Positions 1 to 10,026 are shown, numbered from the stretch's first letter. The stretch: DNA of 60,999 nucleotides from a virus (IMGVR_UViG_3300037502_000383:1-60999); one strand, 5' to 3'. Translations and numbers: made by a program. The notes: a model not told the origin generated them from the sequence alone.

Positions 1-1980
1 GCTGCCGAGAGGGTTCAAAATGATATGAACTATCAGCTCACGGAAGTGATGACTGAATATCGCAGTGAGCATGAGCGCATGCTGTGGGGCTTAGGGCTGT
101 CAGGTAACGCGTTCAAGAAAGTCTATTATGATCCGTCGCTGGAGCGTCAAGTATCTATCTTCGTCCCGGCTGAAGATGTGGTGGTGCCTTACGGCTCAGA
201 GAACTTGCAAAACGCACCTCGTGTAACACACGTGATGCGTAAGACTGAGAACGAACTAAAGCGACTACAAGTTGGCGGGTTCTATCGTGACATCGATCTA
301 GGTGATCCAGTCAATACGCTAGATGACGTAGAGAAAAAGATTGCTGAGAAGATGGGCTTCCGTGCTACAACGGACGACCGCTACAAACTACTTGAGATGC
401 AGGTAAATCTGAATCTCAAAGGCTATGAAGACCCAGATGGCATCGCGTTGCCATACATCGTCACGGTTGAGAAAGGTACCGGCAAGGTATTAGCTATTCG
501 CCGCAACTACGAGCCAGACGACGATACTGAACAGAAGCGCACTCACTTTGTTCACTACGGCTACATCCCCGGTTTTGGCTTTTACCATTTTGGTTTGATC
601 CACTTAATTGGTGCGTACGCCAAGAGCGGCACTTCGATCCTGCGTCAGTTGGTTGATGCGGGCACACTGGCAAACCTGCCGGGTGGCTTGAAGTCCAAAG
701 GCATGCGTACTAAAGGAGATGACACTCCTATCGCTCCGGGCGAATTTCGTGATGTGGATGTGGCGTCTGGCACCATACGCGACAACATTTTGCCTCTGCC
801 ATACAAAGAACCAAGTCAGGTCCTCAAACTTTTGATGGATCAGATTGTGGACGAAGGGCGTCGCTTTGCGTCTGCTGCTGACCTCAAAGTGTCTGATATG
901 TCGGCACAGGCTCCTGTTGGTACGACACTAGCGTTGTTGGAGCGTCAACTGAAAGTGATGAGTGCGGTGCAGGCTCGCATTCACTTTGCGATGAAGCAGG
1001 AGTTCAAACTTCTGAAGAATATCATCGCGGCTTATGCTCCGACCGAGTACAGCTACGAGCCAGAAGAAGGCCCACGTCGCGCACGTCAGCAAGACTACGA
1101 GAATGTCGATGTGATCCCGGTCAGTGATCCGAACGCTGCAACGATGTCGCAGAAAGTGGTGCAGTACCAAGCAGTCATGCAGATGGCGCAGCAAAATCCA
1201 CAAATCTACGACATGGTCGAGCTAAACAAGCAGATGTTGGAAGTGCTAGGTATTAAGAACATCCACAAGCTTGTACCCGCTGCGGAAGATCAGAAACCGA
1301 AAGACCCAGTGTCGGAAAACATGGCAGTTCTGAACATGAAGCCGGTTAAGGCATTCATATATCAGGATCATCAGGCGCATTTACAGGTGCATATGTCTGC
1401 TATGCAAGACCCAAAGATTGCACAAATTGTTGGGCAGAACCCACAAGCAGCCGTAATTATGGGCGCGATGCAAGCGCATATCGCAGAACACGTTGCGTTT
1501 GAGTACCGCAGACAGATCGAAGAGCAGTTGGGTGTGCCGCTGAATATTCCTAATTATGAAGATGGCGATACGATTCCGGAAGAAATGGAAGTACCGCTTA
1601 GCCGCATGATGGCGGTGGCTGCGGGCAAGTTGCTACAGAAAGACCAAGCCGAAGCTGCACAACAGCAGGCTCAACAGGCCGCACAAGACCCAGTCCTTCA
1701 GATGCAACAACAGGAGCTTCAGATCAAAGCACAAGAAGTTGCGCTCAAACAGCAAAAACTTCAGATCGACGCGGCGGCACAGGCCGACAAAATCCGTATC
1801 GAAGAAGAGCGGATTGCTGCGCAGAAGGAAATCGCAGGTATGCAGGTTGGTGCCAAAGTCGCAAAAGACAAGGCGGATCTGGAAGCTCGTCAAGAAGAGG
1901 CTGGCGTTCGCATGGGCATCGATATAGCCAAGTCGCGCGATCAAATGGTGCGCACGACACAGACTCGTAAGAAGGAGTAA
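1..1980 (+). CDS. Portal protein (5'-truncated by window edge)
   Basis: Frame open from base 1 (AAERVQNDMNYQL...); G-F-K-V-YYD and GFYxxGLIHLIG motifs and Q-rich coiled-coil C-terminus typical of P22/podovirus-like portals; first gene of head module. Confidence 0.85.
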   Translation, partial: AAERVQNDMNYQLTEVMTEYRSEHERMLWGLGLSGNAFKKVYYDPSLERQVSIFVPAEDVVVPYGSENLQNAPRVTHVMRKTENELKRLQVGGFYRDIDLGDPVNTLDDVEKKIAEKMGFRATTDDRYKLLEMQVNLNLKGYEDPDGIALPYIVTVEKGTGKVLAIRRNYEPDDDTEQKRTHFVHYGYIPGFGFYHFGLIHLIGAYAKSGTSILRQLVDAGTLANLPGGLKSKGMRTKGDDTPIAPGEFRDVDVASGTIRDNILPLPYKEPSQVLKLLMDQIVDEGRRFASAADLKVSDMSAQAPVGTTLALLERQLKVMSAVQARIHFAMKQEFKLLKNIIAAYAPTEYSYEPEEGPRRARQQDYENVDVIPVSDPNAATMSQKVVQYQAVMQMAQQNPQIYDMVELNKQMLEVLGIKNIHKLVPAAEDQKPKDPVSENMAVLNMKPVKAFIYQDHQAHLQVHMSAMQDPKIAQIVGQNPQAAVIMGAMQAHIAEHVAFEYRRQIEEQLGVPLNIPNYEDGDTIPEEMEVPLSRMMAVAAGKLLQKDQAEAAQQQAQQAAQDPVLQMQQQELQIKAQEVALKQQKLQIDAAAQADKIRIEEERIAAQKEIAGMQVGAKVAKDKADLEARQEEAGVRMGIDIAKSRDQMVRTTQTRKKE

Positions 1981-1983
1981 TCA

Positions 1984-2178
1984 ATGGACGCAACGCTTGA
2001 AGTGCTGCTCAAACAAGTACGAGAAAAGCGTGACCAGATAGTTGAGGCCGTATCCAACAACGCGGCTAAGGACTATTCCGAGTACCAAAAACTTTGCGGT
2101 GAGATTCGAGGTCTATCGCTGGCAGAGGGTTTTATTCTTGACCTTGCAAAACGTATGGAGCAATCAGACGATGAGTGA
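1984..2178 (+). CDS. Small head-module protein
   Basis: AAGGAG SD; DYxEYxxxxGxIxGL motif common just downstream of such portals. Confidence 0.7.
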   Translation: MDATLEVLLKQVREKRDQIVEAVSNNAAKDYSEYQKLCGEIRGLSLAEGFILDLAKRMEQSDDE

Positions 2179-2572
2179 AATAACTATCGCTACAGAAAGC
2201 GGTGAAGTATCGACATTACCGGAAACACCTGAAGAGAAGGCTAAGCAGTTGCCTGAACCTTCTGGGTACCACATTCTCGTGGCCCTTCCGGAAGTTGAGG
2301 AGAAGTTTGAGAGCGGTATCCTCAAAGCGGATCAGACTCGCCATTTTGAAGAAGTTCTTGCAACGGTATTTTTTGTGGTGAAGATGGGGCCCGATTGCTA
2401 CAAAGATGAAAAGAGGTTTCCAAATGGGCCTTGGTGCAAGGAAGGAGACTTTATCTTGGCTCGCCCAAATAGCGGCACTAGGCTGAAGATTCACGGACGA
2501 GAGTTCCGTTTGATTAACGACGATACCGTTGAGGCTGTCGTGCAAGACCCACGTGGCATTAGCCGCGCATAA
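2171..2572 (+). CDS. GroES/Cpn10-like co-chaperonin
   Basis: PxGYHILV...ESGIL...VVKMGP...KEGD...GREFRLINDDTVEAVV matches GroES pattern; GGAG SD before ATG 2171. Confidence 0.85.
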   Translation: MSEITIATESGEVSTLPETPEEKAKQLPEPSGYHILVALPEVEEKFESGILKADQTRHFEEVLATVFFVVKMGPDCYKDEKRFPNGPWCKEGDFILARPNSGTRLKIHGREFRLINDDTVEAVVQDPRGISRA

Positions 2573-2581
2573 GGAGGAGCT

Positions 2582-3529
2582 ATGGAAAAGGTTGAGTTTG
2601 AATTTCCTGATGAGAAAGAAGCAAAGGCTGCTTCGGTAGAGCCTAAAGAGGACGACTTTTCGTTCGAGATAGAGGATGACACCCCACCGGAAGATCGTGG
2701 CCGTGAGCCGATGCCGAAGGAGATTGTTGAACAACTAGACAATGATGAGTTAGATGACTACTCCGAGAATGTAAAAACTCGCCTTAAACAGATGAAGAAG
2801 GTCTGGCATGACGAGCGCCGGGAAAAAGACCAAGCCATGCGGGAGCGACAGGCCGCTGAAGAGTTAGCAAAAAAGATGCTTGAGGAGAACCGCGCCCTTA
2901 AAGCAAAGCTTTCTGAGGGGGAAAAGACCTACCTTCAGACTTACGAGTCCGCCGCCAAACTAGAACTAGACGTAGCTGAAAGAGCCTATAAAGCTGCCTA
3001 TGAGGACGGCGATAGTGAAAAGTTGCTAGAAGCGCAACGGAAGATGGCTGAGGCCAGCTATAAGTTGCAAAAGGCAAAAGATTATGTGCCTTCTTTACAA
3101 TTTGAAGAAAAAGATGTACAAAGCAACCCAGAAGTCCCAGTGGCTCGCCCTGACCCAAGGGCAATTGCGTGGCAAGAGCGCAATACTTGGTTCGGTCAGG
3201 ACGAGGAAATGACCAGTCTAGCACTTGGACTACACCAAAAATTGGTCAAACAGTATGGCGCTAGTTATCCGTCCACCGACGAATACTGGCAGAGAATTGA
3301 CGGGACTATGCGTCAACGCTTCCCGGACTATTTTCAAGCTTCTCCGCAGCAGGCCGAAAAGCCCGTTACGCGCACCGAAAAACCTGCGACGGTCGTAGCT
3401 CCTGCGTCTCGCAGTACATCCTCCAAAAAGATAGTACTAAAGCAGTCAGAGTTAAATTTAGCTAAAAGGCTTGGTTTAAGTCCTGAGCAATACGCCCGTG
3501 AGAAACTTTTACTTAATGGAGGCCAATAA
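2582..3529 (+). CDS. Capsid scaffolding protein
   Basis: Acidic N-terminus, long coiled coil, C-terminal AKRLGLSPEQYA helix-turn-helix; between portal and MCP; AAGGAG SD. Confidence 0.7.
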   Translation: MEKVEFEFPDEKEAKAASVEPKEDDFSFEIEDDTPPEDRGREPMPKEIVEQLDNDELDDYSENVKTRLKQMKKVWHDERREKDQAMRERQAAEELAKKMLEENRALKAKLSEGEKTYLQTYESAAKLELDVAERAYKAAYEDGDSEKLLEAQRKMAEASYKLQKAKDYVPSLQFEEKDVQSNPEVPVARPDPRAIAWQERNTWFGQDEEMTSLALGLHQKLVKQYGASYPSTDEYWQRIDGTMRQRFPDYFQASPQQAEKPVTRTEKPATVVAPASRSTSSKKIVLKQSELNLAKRLGLSPEQYAREKLLLNGGQ

Positions 3530-3978
3530 TGGGCACCAACAGACTAGAACGTGAATTGGAAACCCGTGCCATGCAGGAACGTCCCAAGCAGTGGACACCA
3601 CCTGAGCTTTTGCCTGAACCAGATAAGCAGCCCGGTTTTCGATACAGATGGATTCGCACCTCAATACTTGGAAAGACCGATGCCCGTAACATGTCTGCAA
3701 AGATTCGTGAGGGCTGGGAGCCAGTAAAAATCGAGGAGCAGCCAAAATTCCAACTGCTAGTTGATCCCGATAGTCGCTTCAAAGACAACGTCGAGATCGG
3801 CGGATTACTACTCTGCAAGACCCCTGAAGAGTTTGTTGAACAGCGTAATTCTTATTACCAACGACAAGCTGAAGATCAGATTCAGTCTGTAGATAATAGT
3901 CTTATGAAGCAAAGCGACCCTCGTATGCCTCTATTTAAGGAACGTAAATCTACTACGTCCTTTGGTAAGGGCAATTAA
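3529..3978 (+). CDS. Conserved head-module protein
   Basis: Coupled to scaffold stop; YRWIR...EGWEPV...GGLLLC motif. Confidence 0.6.
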   Translation: MGTNRLERELETRAMQERPKQWTPPELLPEPDKQPGFRYRWIRTSILGKTDARNMSAKIREGWEPVKIEEQPKFQLLVDPDSRFKDNVEIGGLLLCKTPEEFVEQRNSYYQRQAEDQIQSVDNSLMKQSDPRMPLFKERKSTTSFGKGN

Positions 3979-3995
3979 ATTTTCTGGAGCTTAAT

Positions 3996-4667
3996 ATGTC
4001 ATATCCGACTGTAGAAGCCCCTTACGGGCTAAAGCCGATCAATCTGATCGGCGGTCAGGTGTTTGCGGGTCAGACTCGTGAACTCCCGATTGCCAGCAAT
4101 ACTGCTGGTGCTATCTATAACGGCGACATCGTTCGCCTATCGTCTGGCTTCATCGTCAAAGAGACTGGTACTACGACTGTCTCGGCAACCGGTGTTGTTG
4201 GCGTGTTTGTTGGCGTATCTTATACCAACCCGTCCACAGGCCAGAAACTGTTCGCTAACTCGTACCCCGGTTCAGTTGTTGCTTCTGATATCGTGGCTTA
4301 TGTCGTTGACGATCCCGATGCGTTGTTTAAGGTCGCTGTGACTGGTGGTGCAACTTCGACCACTATCACCCCGATTTCGGGCACTATCTTAGGCAATAAC
4401 TTGGCGATTTCGCAGCCTTCGACGAACACCACTATTTCGGGTAACTCGAATATTGGCGCGTATGACTCGGGCGGTAACACCGCTTTCACTTTGCCTTTCC
4501 GTGTTGTTGGTTTGGTTGAAGAGACCACCAACTCCGCTGGTAACTACAGCGAAGTGATCGTTAAGTGGAACATGCCGTATATCACTCTGACGGAAGGTGC
4601 TCCTAACGTCGTGGCGTATAACGGCGGTCATTCGTATTACAACCCGACCGGCACTGCCAACGTATAA
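3996..4667 (+). CDS. Capsid decoration/cement protein (probable)
   Basis: PYGLKP, IYNGDIV, GVFVG, VDDPD motifs; beta-rich; directly upstream of MCP; highly expressed codon bias. Confidence 0.6.
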   Translation: MSYPTVEAPYGLKPINLIGGQVFAGQTRELPIASNTAGAIYNGDIVRLSSGFIVKETGTTTVSATGVVGVFVGVSYTNPSTGQKLFANSYPGSVVASDIVAYVVDDPDALFKVAVTGGATSTTITPISGTILGNNLAISQPSTNTTISGNSNIGAYDSGGNTAFTLPFRVVGLVEETTNSAGNYSEVIVKWNMPYITLTEGAPNVVAYNGGHSYYNPTGTANV

Positions 4668-4678
4668 GGAGCTGAATA

Positions 4679-5593
4679 ATGGCTATTTCACGCGCACAAC
4701 TACTGAAAGAGCTGCTCCCCGGCTTGAACGCATTGTTCGGCATGGAGTACGCTCGCTACGGCGAAGAGCACAAGGAAATCTACGAAACCGAGACTTCCGA
4801 GCGTTCGTTCGAAGAAGAAACCAAACTGTCTGGCTTCAGTGCTGCACCGGTGAAGAACGAAGGTTCTGCAATCGCGTACGACAACGGTCAGGAAGCTTGG
4901 ACTGCTCGATACAACCACGAAACCATCGCACTGGGTTTCTCGCTGACCGAAGAGGCCATCGAAGATAACCTGTATGACAGCCTGTCGGCTCGTTATACCA
5001 AAGCGCTGGCTCGTGCTATGTCTTACACCAAGCAGGTTAAGGCGGCATCGGTTCTGAACAACGGCTTTACCAACTCGTCCCAGTACTACGGCGGCGACGG
5101 CAAGCCACTGTTCTCGGCTACCCACCCGCTCGTTTCCGGTGGCACTAACTCGAACATCCCTTCGACACCTGCTGACCTGAACGAAACCTCGTTGGAAAAC
5201 GCTGTGATCCAAATCGCAGCATGGACCGACGAACGCGGCCTGCTGATCGCAGCTAAGCCACGCAAGCTGATCGTTCCACCAGCTCTCCAGTTCGTTGCTA
5301 CTCGTCTGTTGGAAACCGAACTCCGCGTCGGCACCAACGACAACGACATCAACGCGCTGAAGAACAACGGTTCGATCCCAGAAGGCTATACGATCAACCA
5401 CTTCTTGACCGATACGAACGCATGGTTCCTGACCACCGACGTTCCTAACGGCATGAAGCACTTTGTTCGTACTCCGTTGCAGCAGTCAATGGACGGGGAC
5501 TTCGATACAGGGAACGTTCGTTACAAGGCTCGTGAGAGATATTCTTTCGGCTGGAGTGACCCGCTCGGAATGTACGGCTCACAGGGTGCTTAA
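4679..5593 (+). CDS. Major capsid protein (HK97 fold, Mu gpT-like family)
   Basis: MAISRAQLLKELLPGLNALFG N-terminus, DGKPLFS, LIVPPAL motifs; strong SD, strong codon bias, followed by terminator. Confidence 0.9.
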   Translation: MAISRAQLLKELLPGLNALFGMEYARYGEEHKEIYETETSERSFEEETKLSGFSAAPVKNEGSAIAYDNGQEAWTARYNHETIALGFSLTEEAIEDNLYDSLSARYTKALARAMSYTKQVKAASVLNNGFTNSSQYYGGDGKPLFSATHPLVSGGTNSNIPSTPADLNETSLENAVIQIAAWTDERGLLIAAKPRKLIVPPALQFVATRLLETELRVGTNDNDINALKNNGSIPEGYTINHFLTDTNAWFLTTDVPNGMKHFVRTPLQQSMDGDFDTGNVRYKARERYSFGWSDPLGMYGSQGA

Positions 5594-5623
5594 TTGAAGT
5601 AAATCAAGCACTTAGCAGCATTG

Positions 5624-5653
5624 AGAACCCCGCCTTGCGCGGGGTTTTCTTTT
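5624..5653 (+). terminator. Rho-independent terminator after MCP
   Basis: AACCCCGC-loop-GCGGGGTT followed by TTCTTTT. Confidence 0.8.
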
Positions 5654-5694
5654 GCTGTATCATTGCCCGTGTCATATACGACAGGGAGGATAAT

Positions 5695-6273
5695 ATGGAT
5701 TACTCTGCATTTCCAGTAGATCGCGCAACCGCCAAAGCAACTGGGGCCAAGTATTACTACACAGGCAAGCCATGTTTGAGAGGGCACATTACTCTGCGAA
5801 AAACGAAAGGCTCATGCGTTGATTGCATGAAAGAAGACTGGGCGCTGGACAACAAAAAGCGCAGCGAGAAGCCGAAGTCGGAAGCGTCCAAGGCTGCTGG
5901 TAGGCGGTACTATGAGAAGAACAAAGAGGCTGTGAAGGCTCGCGCAAATGCCAGACCAATAGAAGAGCGCCGTGGGCATAGATACAAATACAAAGAGGCC
6001 AATCCAGAACTGTATAAAGCTTTAACCAGCGTGCGTAAAAGGCGGCATCGAAGCGCCACGCCCAAGTGGATTACGCCGGAGCAAAAGCTTGCAATGCGGC
6101 AACTGTATCTTCAGGCAATGGAGCTGACCAAGCTGACCGGCGAGCGCTATGTCGTGGATCACATCGTGCCGCTGATCTCCGATGAGGTGTGCGGCCTGCA
6201 CGTTCCGTGGAACCTGCGGGTGATCACGCAGGAGGAGAATCTGCGCAAGTCGAATAAGCTGCTTGACGCATAG
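5695..6273 (+). CDS. Free-standing HNH homing endonuclease
   Basis: VDHIVPL...CGLHVPWNLRVI...ENLRKSN HNH motif; N-terminal YYTGKPCxRGH...CVDC zinc motif; GGAGG SD. Confidence 0.9.
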   Translation: MDYSAFPVDRATAKATGAKYYYTGKPCLRGHITLRKTKGSCVDCMKEDWALDNKKRSEKPKSEASKAAGRRYYEKNKEAVKARANARPIEERRGHRYKYKEANPELYKALTSVRKRRHRSATPKWITPEQKLAMRQLYLQAMELTKLTGERYVVDHIVPLISDEVCGLHVPWNLRVITQEENLRKSNKLLDA

Positions 6274-6281
6274 CCTTCCTC

Positions 6282-6310
6282 TTGCATTTCCCTTGCGCGC
6301 ATAGTATAAG
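6282..6310 (+). promoter_or_regulatory. sigma70-like promoter
   Basis: TTGCAT-17 bp-TATAAG in intergenic region. Confidence 0.5.
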
Positions 6311-6395
6311 ACTATGAAACCGGGTTACCCGGCGCGAACGAACAGTCCCGGCTGACTTCATGCAGATCGTCGCGCTTAACCGCATGAGGGAAAAC

Positions 6396-6878
6396 ATGGC
6401 TCTTTCTACTACCCAAAGTATTTGGCGTTCGGGTGGCGGCGACACAACTCGCACCGCATATTGTGGTTCGGGCATGATGGCTGCTACTTTCTACATCGCT
6501 GACGTTGCTGCTGCTAGTGCTACAAACGTCAAAGTTTCTTCTACATCTGGCGCTCCTAACTTAATTCTTCCTGCGGGCGCACGGATCATGGCAATCACTT
6601 TCACAGGTGACTCTGCTACAGGCCAAACTGACTTGGGCTTTACGCTCTATAACACCGGCACGAATACTCCGGCAGGTCTGCTAGACAACGCAAACAACGT
6701 CGTAAGTCAAATCACTCCGGGGGCTACAGGTTCTGGCACTGCATTAGGTACAGTTATGTCTGCTACTGAAATGGTGTACATCACGGCGCGCGTAGGCGGC
6801 AGTGCTGGCACTGGCAATATGACCGGTGTGATCCAATACTTCGTTGCTGATCCGCTCGAAGGCCAGCAGAACGTCTGA
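6396..6878 (+). CDS. Virion structural protein (minor capsid/decoration)
   Basis: GAGG SD; beta-rich, LPAGA motif; post-MCP position. Confidence 0.6.
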   Translation: MALSTTQSIWRSGGGDTTRTAYCGSGMMAATFYIADVAAASATNVKVSSTSGAPNLILPAGARIMAITFTGDSATGQTDLGFTLYNTGTNTPAGLLDNANNVVSQITPGATGSGTALGTVMSATEMVYITARVGGSAGTGNMTGVIQYFVADPLEGQQNV

Positions 6879-6890
6879 TAGGAGGTCATT

Positions 6891-7166
6891 ATGACCATGC
6901 AAACAGACGTAAAAGCCGCGCAAGTAACCTCGACCAACACAGCGTACGCTGCTCCAACCCGTGTAAAAGCGGTGACGGTCAGCTACGCCTCTGCGGGTAC
7001 GGTTGTCTTGAAGGACGGCGGCTCTGGCGGTACCACACGGTTTTCGTTTACAGCCCCGGCAGCGGCGGGATCAGAGCATATCCTGTTCCCCGGTGAGGGC
7101 ATCAAGTTCAACACTGATGTCCACGCCACACTAGCGAACGCAACCATTGTGGTGTTCTATGGCTAA
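6891..7166 (+). CDS. Small virion protein
   Basis: AGGAGG SD; PGEGIxF C-terminal motif. Confidence 0.6.
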   Translation: MTMQTDVKAAQVTSTNTAYAAPTRVKAVTVSYASAGTVVLKDGGSGGTTRFSFTAPAAAGSEHILFPGEGIKFNTDVHATLANATIVVFYG

Positions 7167-7413
7167 GACTCCGGCGTGGCAGCGAGCAGAGGGTAAGAAC
7201 CCCAAGGGTGGCTTGAACGCCAAGGGGCGGGCTTCGTACAACAAAGCGAATCCCGGCAAGCCCGGACTGAAAGCGCCGCAGCCGGAGGGTGGTCCTCGTA
7301 AGAAATCATTCTGCGCCCGGATGGAAGGGATGAAGAAGAAGCTGACGAGCGCCAAGACTGCCAAAGATCCTAACAGCCGTATTAACAAAAGTTTAAGAGC
7401 GTGGAAGTGCTAA
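7159..7413 (+). CDS. Small basic conserved phage protein
   Basis: GKNPKGGLNAKGRASYN...SFCARM...SRINKSLRAWKC. Confidence 0.65.
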   Translation: MAKTPAWQRAEGKNPKGGLNAKGRASYNKANPGKPGLKAPQPEGGPRKKSFCARMEGMKKKLTSAKTAKDPNSRINKSLRAWKC

Positions 7414-7664
7414 CCGTGGATCTCGCATTCGTTTGGAACGGCGCGCTGTCGTTGTTTGTGGGCTTGTTTGCGTATATCGCCCACGAGAAGTTTTCCGAGC
7501 TTGCCCGCATCACGATCTTGTTGAACAAGACGCGTGAGGAGATTGCACGAGATACCGCGACTAAAGCTGAAGTTGATCGTGTTACAGATCATATTGATCA
7601 GCGATTTAACCGACTGGAGACGAAGATCGACCAGTTGCTTGAATCGAACAGGAGAGTTTTATGA
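7401..7664 (+). CDS. Membrane protein with one TM and coiled coil (start uncertain)
   Basis: Hydrophobic N-terminus then RFNRLETKIDQL. Confidence 0.55.
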   Translation: MEVLTVDLAFVWNGALSLFVGLFAYIAHEKFSELARITILLNKTREEIARDTATKAEVDRVTDHIDQRFNRLETKIDQLLESNRRVL

Positions 7665-8473
7665 AGAAGCGCAAGGTAAAGCGTTACGAAGAGGGCGGAA
7701 TTCTGCGGGATAGCTCTGGCAATCCTGTGCGGTCTGGTTCTGGCGAAGTTGTGCGTACAAGATTTCCTGAGCGTACGTATAACGAGGAAGCGCCTGCCTC
7801 AATGATTGAGAGTAGCGACTACACCGGCAGACGCATGAAGAGTCCAGAAGTTGAAAAGACTGCCGAGGACAGGGGCGATAGCAGCTATGCACCAAAAAGC
7901 AGGGTGAGCGCCTCTGACATCGGATTTACTGGTGGCGATGAAGGTCCCACATTGACTGAGAAAAAAGCTCAACGCGAGACAGAGCGTAGAGATGCTCAAC
8001 GTCGTGCGGCAGCTCGTCAGAAGGCCGAAGCTGATCGTGCTGCAAAAGCCGCCGAGCAAACAAGGGCTGCGCGCGAGATGGGCGAGGCATACAAAAAATC
8101 TGCGTACGACACAGAGAAGCAGCGTCAGGCGCGCATGGCAAAAGAGCAGGCGCTGGAAACAGTATCACCAGAATCTTCATTAATTGGCGGCTTCGGTTTG
8201 CGCGCGATGAAGATGTTGGCGCAAGGCCTAGCTGGTAGACAAGCTGCAAAAGAAGCTGCCCAAACAATAGGCAAGCGCGCGGAGAGGGACATCACCCCTC
8301 GCGCACCTCAGTTGACGAATGAGCCGCTAAAGATTGGCCGTGAGCCGCTCAAGCTGGGCATGAAGAAGGGCGGCGCAGTTAAGAAGATGGCGTCCGGCGG
8401 CAAAGTGTCGTCAGCATCTAAACGCGCTGACGGTATTGCTCAACGCGGCAAAACTCGTGGAAAGATCTGCTAA
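7661..8473 (+). CDS. Basic protein with xxGG motifs and C-terminal SASxRADGIAQRGKTxG tag
   Basis: AGGAG SD; ATGA overlap with upstream gene. Confidence 0.7.
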   Translation: MKKRKVKRYEEGGILRDSSGNPVRSGSGEVVRTRFPERTYNEEAPASMIESSDYTGRRMKSPEVEKTAEDRGDSSYAPKSRVSASDIGFTGGDEGPTLTEKKAQRETERRDAQRRAAARQKAEADRAAKAAEQTRAAREMGEAYKKSAYDTEKQRQARMAKEQALETVSPESSLIGGFGLRAMKMLAQGLAGRQAAKEAAQTIGKRAERDITPRAPQLTNEPLKIGREPLKLGMKKGGAVKKMASGGKVSSASKRADGIAQRGKTRGKIC

Positions 8474-9093
8474 TGACTGACATGGCAAAAATGGGTGCGC
8501 GCATTCGCGAGCTTGAAGGCCGTCGCGCAAGGGGTGAGTCCGTTCCAGAGCTTGATGCGCTGTATCAAAGAATGGATGCGTTGACCAACAAGGGCTACGC
8601 CGAGGCTACAAAATCGGTGACAGGCGAAACGCCTACTGCGCCAGTTAGAAAAGCTGCTGGCGGTCAAGCTAAAGTCGGCAAAGTGATGAGAGAATTTAAA
8701 GCTGGAAGTCTCAAGTCATCGTCCGGTCAGAAGGTAACAAATCCAAAACAGGCCATCGCAATCGGTCTTTCCGAAGCAGGCCTTTCTCGCAAAGCCAAAG
8801 GAGGCGAAATGAAAGAGTCAAAGGCAATGATGAAGAAGGAAGTGTCGTTCATGAAAAAGAAGGGCGCTCCTAAGTCAATGATCAAACATGAAATGGCTGA
8901 AGCCGGTATGAAGTACGGCGGCAAGGTCAAGAAGATGGCGATGGGTGGCGTTGCTGCATCGAAGATGGGCAAGGTTGTCGCAGGCGGCATGAAGCCTCAC
9001 GGCGAGCATACCGTTCAGAAGAAGGGTCATACCAAGGGCGCGATGGTCAAGATGGCTGGTGCTAAAGGTATGCGTAAGGGCGGTTACTGCTAA
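8473..9093 (+). CDS. Lys/Met/Gly-rich basic protein with several KxGG-type motifs
   Basis: KVGKVMREFKAGSLKSSSGQKVTNPKQAIAIGLSEAG core; coupled start. Confidence 0.7.
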   Translation: MTDMAKMGARIRELEGRRARGESVPELDALYQRMDALTNKGYAEATKSVTGETPTAPVRKAAGGQAKVGKVMREFKAGSLKSSSGQKVTNPKQAIAIGLSEAGLSRKAKGGEMKESKAMMKKEVSFMKKKGAPKSMIKHEMAEAGMKYGGKVKKMAMGGVAASKMGKVVAGGMKPHGEHTVQKKGHTKGAMVKMAGAKGMRKGGYC

Positions 9094-9105
9094 TAGGAGG
9101 ACGCG

Positions 9106-9486
9106 ATGGCTGATTACAGAAGCGAAGGCGTTGAAAATATTAACGAGCGCAAGCGCCATTTAAACAAGGCGGATGCTGCTGCTGCACAACGCAAACGAGA
9201 AGATACTTACAACAGAGAAGTGCGTAAGTATGAAAAAGAGTTACGGCTAAATCCACCCGGCACTGCGGATTATGATGTTGTTAAAGGCATGGATTCAATT
9301 GGTGATGCGATTCGGTCCTTGGGTAAGGCGATGGGAAGCAACACTATGACCAGCCTTGACGATGAAGAGCAGATGAAAGCTCGTCGAGATGTGAAGGGCT
9401 ACAAGAAAGGCGGCAAAGTATCCTCCGCCTCTGCTCGTGCTGACGGTATTGCTCAACGCGGTAAAACTAAGGGTCGCATCGTATGA
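9106..9486 (+). CDS. Protein with C-terminal YKKGG-SASARADGIAQRGKTKG tag
   Basis: AGGAGG SD; shared C-terminal tag. Confidence 0.7.
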   Translation: MADYRSEGVENINERKRHLNKADAAAAQRKREDTYNREVRKYEKELRLNPPGTADYDVVKGMDSIGDAIRSLGKAMGSNTMTSLDDEEQMKARRDVKGYKKGGKVSSASARADGIAQRGKTKGRIV

Positions 9487-9764
9487 TGGCCTCACGCGGG
9501 ATGGGTGACATTAACCCAGCCAAGATTCGGAAGATCAAGAAACGGGACGGCAACGAGCCTGTGACGGTCTACAAGGATGGCGGGGCTACCAAGTCCCGCG
9601 TGAATGAAGCTGGCAATTACACCAAGCCGGGTATGCGCAAAGCCCTGTTCAACCAGATCAAGAACTCGGCTACGCAGGGCACGGCGGCAGGTCAATGGTC
9701 GGCCCGCAAAGCGCAGCTATTAGCAAAGAAGTACAAGGAAAAGGGTGGAGGTTACCGTGGCTAG
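9483..9764 (+). CDS. Small basic conserved phage protein
   Basis: NYTKPGMRK...GQWSARKAQLLAKKYKEKGGGYR. Confidence 0.7.
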   Translation: MMASRGMGDINPAKIRKIKKRDGNEPVTVYKDGGATKSRVNEAGNYTKPGMRKALFNQIKNSATQGTAAGQWSARKAQLLAKKYKEKGGGYRG

Positions 9765-10026
9765 TAAATTCCCAGACCTGACCGGTGATGGCAAGGTCAC
9801 GCAAGCAGATGTGCTGAAAGGCCGTGGCGTTGAAGGCATGAAGAAGGGCGGTTCCACAAAAAAGTGGATATCCGAGGCGATCAAGAAACCCGGCGCACTA
9901 CGCGCTCAGCTTGGCGCAAAAGAGGGCAAGCCAATCCCGGCAAAGAAGCTGGCAGCGGCTGCGAAGAAGCCGGGTAAGCTGGGTCAGCGGGCAAGATTGG
10001 CTCAGACGCTGAAGAAGATGAAGTGA
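9757..10026 (+). CDS. Small basic protein
   Basis: GGAGG SD before GTG; PDLTGDGKVTQADVL (EF-hand/dockerin-like loop) and WISEAIKKPGAL motifs. Confidence 0.65.
   Translation: MASKFPDLTGDGKVTQADVLKGRGVEGMKKGGSTKKWISEAIKKPGALRAQLGAKEGKPIPAKKLAAAAKKPGKLGQRARLAQTLKKMK

Noticed and set aside
2163-2173. ATCAGACGATG before the GroES-like gene matching the early-gene repeat
   Set aside because: Single 11-nt match constrained by overlapping coding sequence; could be chance
4700-5461. 253-aa minus-strand ORF and similar antisense ORFs across the virion arm
   Set aside because: Shadows of strongly codon-biased + strand genes
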